From Polyangia bacterium (GTDB taxonomy: Bacteria; Myxococcota_A; Polyangia; JAAYKL01): a stretch of DNA of 64,000 bases. Positions 60,549-64,000 of the stretch are shown piece after piece (the first letter of the stretch is position 1; every line of letters starts with the position of its first letter). The position numbers were made by a program, and so were the translations under genes. The DNA is taken from positions 1 through 64,000 of the forward strand of contig JBNKCR010000045.1 in the NCBI GenBank assembly GCA_050287845.1, written 5' to 3'. The notes beneath the pieces are model-generated. The model worked only from the letters and a program-made list of their open reading frames with translations, was not told the origin of the DNA and did no database searches.

Positions 60549-61382
60549 ATGCAACAATATACTCTTTTCATCTTTATGGTTTCCGTCCTCATCGCCCTAT
60601 GTGTCGGGCTTCCCGCAGGCGCAGACGAAACCCAATCCGCCAGAGCCTCGTATGATGCAGGCGTGGCGGCATACAATCAGCAGCAGTACGACGTTGCGCT
60701 GGAACATTTCACGGAGGCATATAATCTGTCCGGGAAACCGGCAATTCTGTACAACATTGCAATCTGTGAAGAAAAGTTGGGAAATGCGGAACACGCCATC
60801 GCCTACTTCGAATTGTATCTCGAAGAATTGCCCCATGCGGAAGACGCGGAACTCGTGCGAAAGAAAGTGGCCTATCTGAAAAACCCCGAAGAAGTTCCGG
60901 ACCCAACGGAGGAAATCGCTGAGGCGCCAACAGAACCGGATACAACAGCGGCGAATGTGACAACCGATACGTCGGTAAAGCTGTCAACAGATACGTCTGC
61001 CGGCCCCCTGAGGGTGGAGGCGCCCCCGGATCCCAATGCCCATCGCTACAATGTGATGCAGGGGTTGCTCATTGGCGGAGGAACGATTTTTCTGGTTACC
61101 GGTACCCTGACAGCGGTAACCGCTTACAAGAAGAACGACAACCTGAAATCGGTCTGCGCCCCCCAATGCAGCGATGCCGATGTGAAAACGGTAAAAAGCC
61201 TGGCCATCGCCACAGATATTCAACTGGGACTGGGTATCGCCGCATTGACCAGTGGTATTATCTGGAAACTGGTGTACCGGAAGCGCACCCGCGAGCGGGC
61301 ATCTCAATCGTTGAGCGCTTTGTCTATCGGCCCCTTCGTCAATTCATCCGGAAATGGATTGGCCGTTACCGGGAGGTTTTAA
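60549..61382 (+). CDS. Exported TPR protein (myxobacterial type)
   Basis: Signal peptide; ARASYDAG...ALEHFTEAY...ILYNIA...AIAYFELYL; C-terminal GLAVTGRF. Confidence 0.85.
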   Translation: MQQYTLFIFMVSVLIALCVGLPAGADETQSARASYDAGVAAYNQQQYDVALEHFTEAYNLSGKPAILYNIAICEEKLGNAEHAIAYFELYLEELPHAEDAELVRKKVAYLKNPEEVPDPTEEIAEAPTEPDTTAANVTTDTSVKLSTDTSAGPLRVEAPPDPNAHRYNVMQGLLIGGGTIFLVTGTLTAVTAYKKNDNLKSVCAPQCSDADVKTVKSLAIATDIQLGLGIAALTSGIIWKLVYRKRTRERASQSLSALSIGPFVNSSGNGLAVTGRF

Positions 61383-61385
61383 AAA

Positions 61386-63248
61386 ATGGCGAAAACCCTG
61401 ACTGGCTGGGCCTTATTCCTGCTGTTTGCCCCCACAGCCTGCACGCTGGTTCTCGACACCGACGCCCTTCAGAACGGCAATGGCATCGATACCGGCACAG
61501 AAGATACCCCCACCGAATCCGAATCACAGCCACCGGAGTGCACCGAAAATGCGGATTGCAGCGATGCAATCCCATGCACCGTGGACGAATGCGGCAGCGA
61601 CGGCAAATGCACCCGCACCCCGGATAACAATATCTGCCTGCAGTACGAAATGTGTGATCCCATACAGGGCTGTATCCGGGAAAGCGAAAAATGTGTCCGG
61701 AACTCGGACTGTGACGACAGCATTGATTGTACCATCGATATATGTTCAACCGGCGACTGTCATCATTCTCCGGATCATACCCGATGTGAAAACAGTGTGC
61801 CATTCTGCAGACATCCGGCATCCTGTATTCCAGACCGGGGCGGCTGCGTGGAAGGAGAACTCATCAGATGTGATCTTCCTGAAGGAGGCATCTGTCTGAC
61901 CGCCAGTTGCAATGAAACGAACGGAGACTGTGAAACCCATCTTTCCGCCGGCGCGGACAATGATTCGGACAGTGCACTCGACATCCTGTGCGGCGGCGAC
62001 GATTGTCAGGATACCGATGGGACAGTATATCCGGACGCAGTGGAAGTATGTGATGGCAAGGACAATAACTGTGACAGCATCACTGATGCCGTATTTCCCC
62101 TGACTTCCCCGGTAACCGTTGCTCAGGGAACGGACATTGCGGAGTGCCGTGTGGCAGCAGCCGATTCAGATACCGCCGTCATTTATTACATGGGCGGAAT
62201 TCGCGTCTCAGTGGTGACTGCGGAGGGAGATGTTCTCGCCCTGGACATGAGCACCCTCTCCAGCGGAACCATCACCCACGCAGCCATCGCGGCGAACCCC
62301 CTTGAAAGCGGTGTGTTCTATCTGCTGTTTGTTGAATCGGTCGATAACAGCGCCGAGACATTACAGGTGGCGCGTCTGGAAAGAAACAGCACCGGCGATG
62401 CGGTGACCGGCGCTGTGGAATCGTCACTCGATCATCAGGTCACCACAACCATCACAGACCTGACCATTGTGTTTGACACACAACGAACCACCCCGGGATG
62501 GCTGGCCGTCTGGAGTGAAAACGACGATTCAGCCGGCTTTCTTCGCTTTCAGAGTCATGACATGACCGCTGCCATGAATATCGGTACCGACCTGAGGGAG
62601 GTGGGCCGAATTGATGTGGCTGTGTCGGGTGCGGCACAGTATGAGATTGTCTATTCGGCAACGGATACCGCGCTGGGGGGCGACAACAGCGAAATCTACA
62701 GCTCGCAAATTCAGTTTGACACTGCATTCACCACCAGCGAACCGCTGCTCATTTCACCGGCGGACAATGACAATCAGGGCGACAACGACAATGACCCATC
62801 CACATGGCCTGCCGTTGCCATCAATACCGGCGATGGCAGTCGTGCGACCGTCTTTCTCGACGACACGGGCTTCGGATCGAAAAACATTACACTGCAACAG
62901 GGCGATGCCACGGAGGTGGCTGCGATTCTGCCCACCGCAACCCTCGATACCCTCCATGGCCTGAACCTGTTCCACGACGGTGAAAAGCTCGTGCTCTTTT
63001 ACAGTCGGCAGACCAGCACTCACTCCCGTATCATCATTGATCAGTTGCTGCCGGATCCGCTCCAGACCCAATCGCTGGAGCGTCTGGCCCAGACCAACCT
63101 GGTATCGGTGGGGTATCCCGCGCAGAATATCCGCAGTCTGGATGTTGCCGTCGACCCGACCGGACGATACGCCCTGTCATGGGTACTCAAAACGGATGCC
63201 GGATACAGCGTCCAACTGGCCACCGCTCAGAGCTGCGAGCGGCAGTGA
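61386..63248 (+). CDS. Cys-rich lipoprotein with a putative metal-binding motif
   Basis: Lipobox PTAC; C.D.I.CT.D.C repeats; DNDSD...DCQD...VYPDAVEVCDGKDNNCD. Confidence 0.85.
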   Translation: MAKTLTGWALFLLFAPTACTLVLDTDALQNGNGIDTGTEDTPTESESQPPECTENADCSDAIPCTVDECGSDGKCTRTPDNNICLQYEMCDPIQGCIRESEKCVRNSDCDDSIDCTIDICSTGDCHHSPDHTRCENSVPFCRHPASCIPDRGGCVEGELIRCDLPEGGICLTASCNETNGDCETHLSAGADNDSDSALDILCGGDDCQDTDGTVYPDAVEVCDGKDNNCDSITDAVFPLTSPVTVAQGTDIAECRVAAADSDTAVIYYMGGIRVSVVTAEGDVLALDMSTLSSGTITHAAIAANPLESGVFYLLFVESVDNSAETLQVARLERNSTGDAVTGAVESSLDHQVTTTITDLTIVFDTQRTTPGWLAVWSENDDSAGFLRFQSHDMTAAMNIGTDLREVGRIDVAVSGAAQYEIVYSATDTALGGDNSEIYSSQIQFDTAFTTSEPLLISPADNDNQGDNDNDPSTWPAVAINTGDGSRATVFLDDTGFGSKNITLQQGDATEVAAILPTATLDTLHGLNLFHDGEKLVLFYSRQTSTHSRIIIDQLLPDPLQTQSLERLAQTNLVSVGYPAQNIRSLDVAVDPTGRYALSWVLKTDAGYSVQLATAQSCERQ

Positions 63249-63278
63249 AATAAATCAAACGCGAGATGAATCGCGAAC

Positions 63279-63935
63279 TTAACAGCACTTCTGGAAGGGG
63301 GACGGAGGCGGCGGTTCGGTGTCGGTCTCTTCGACCGGTTCCGGCACTTCACACGAAAGCAGACGATACATTCCCACCCGCTCAAGGGCAATCAGCAGCG
63401 CTTCATTGATGGGAAATCGTCTGTCGAGAGAGGGCTCCAGTTCAGCAATCCGGTGAGCGGCATCGGTGAACCGGAGAATGGGCCCGCCATTGTCCACGTC
63501 GGTCTGGACAGCCTGTACCGCGTCGGGAATCATCTGTTTCATGAATTTGCAGGCAGCGAAAACTGCACGACCGTACTTGTTGCGAACTGCTGCGAACCCG
63601 AACAGTCTGCACATGGTGGGACGAAACGGATAAATGCTGCAGCGGCCATAACTGAACTGCAACTCGTCCGGGGTGAAGAACAGACACGCGTTGGAGGGGG
63701 ATGCCGTTGCGAATCTGTCAAGGATTGTTTCGGCCCGGTCCGACTGCCACAGTTCCTCGGCAAGGGGAAGCATTTCCAGAATCGTTGCTTCCACATTCGG
63801 AGAGGCACAGCAGGTCCCGCAACCGGGAGGACAGTGCAGACCGAATTCAATGGGCAACCGCTCAATGCAGCGGTCAAATTCTTCGTACACGCGCATCACG
63901 CGCCGGGACAGTGATACAGTCACTGATGCCTCCAT
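63279..63935 (-). CDS. YkgJ-family cysteine-cluster protein
   Basis: CPPGCGTCC, CLFF, CSIYPFRPTMCRLFG. Confidence 0.85.
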   Translation of the reverse strand: MEASVTVSLSRRVMRVYEEFDRCIERLPIEFGLHCPPGCGTCCASPNVEATILEMLPLAEELWQSDRAETILDRFATASPSNACLFFTPDELQFSYGRCSIYPFRPTMCRLFGFAAVRNKYGRAVFAACKFMKQMIPDAVQAVQTDVDNGGPILRFTDAAHRIAELEPSLDRRFPINEALLIALERVGMYRLLSCEVPEPVEETDTEPPPPSPFQKCC

Positions 63936-64000
63936 AACCTTACATATAAATAGGTCCGACTGACAGGCAAGTCAGTTTTCGCAGACCGGGACGGACATCC

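Overview
A mostly ~50% GC chromosomal segment from a Myxococcota/deltaproteobacterium-like organism. The assignment rests on the Asp-Thr-repeat lipoproteins, PEGA/TPR proteins, TIGR02266-type PilZ, AgmX-like and GYF-like domains and the HTH-pilMNOPQ operon. The right three quarters are core-like: nfo, pyrE, pilMNOPQ, a FliA/WhiG-like sigma factor, ribF, trmL, rsfS, rlmH, rpsU, uppP, a GH94 phosphorylase and a GPH-family sugar transporter. The left ~15 kb is accessory and partly decayed, with a radical SAM fragment, an ISAzo13-like remnant, a truncated ImmA/IrrE gene and short dispersed repeats. I found no rRNA, tRNA, CRISPR array or intact mobile element. The most notable observations are: (1) a 1352-aa PilQ with a ~510-aa coiled-coil-like insertion between its AMIN domains; (2) an abrupt GC/codon-usage switch exactly at the Asp-Thr repeat of a lipoprotein gene, either a repeat-mediated domain swap or an assembly chimera; (3) a sigma54-type promoter with regularly spaced palindromes driving a short sigma28-like factor divergent from the pilus operon; (4) an S21 with an acidic N-terminal extension and an MFS transporter with a ~140-aa helical loop insertion. 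All calls come from motif recognition by eye; no database searches were run.
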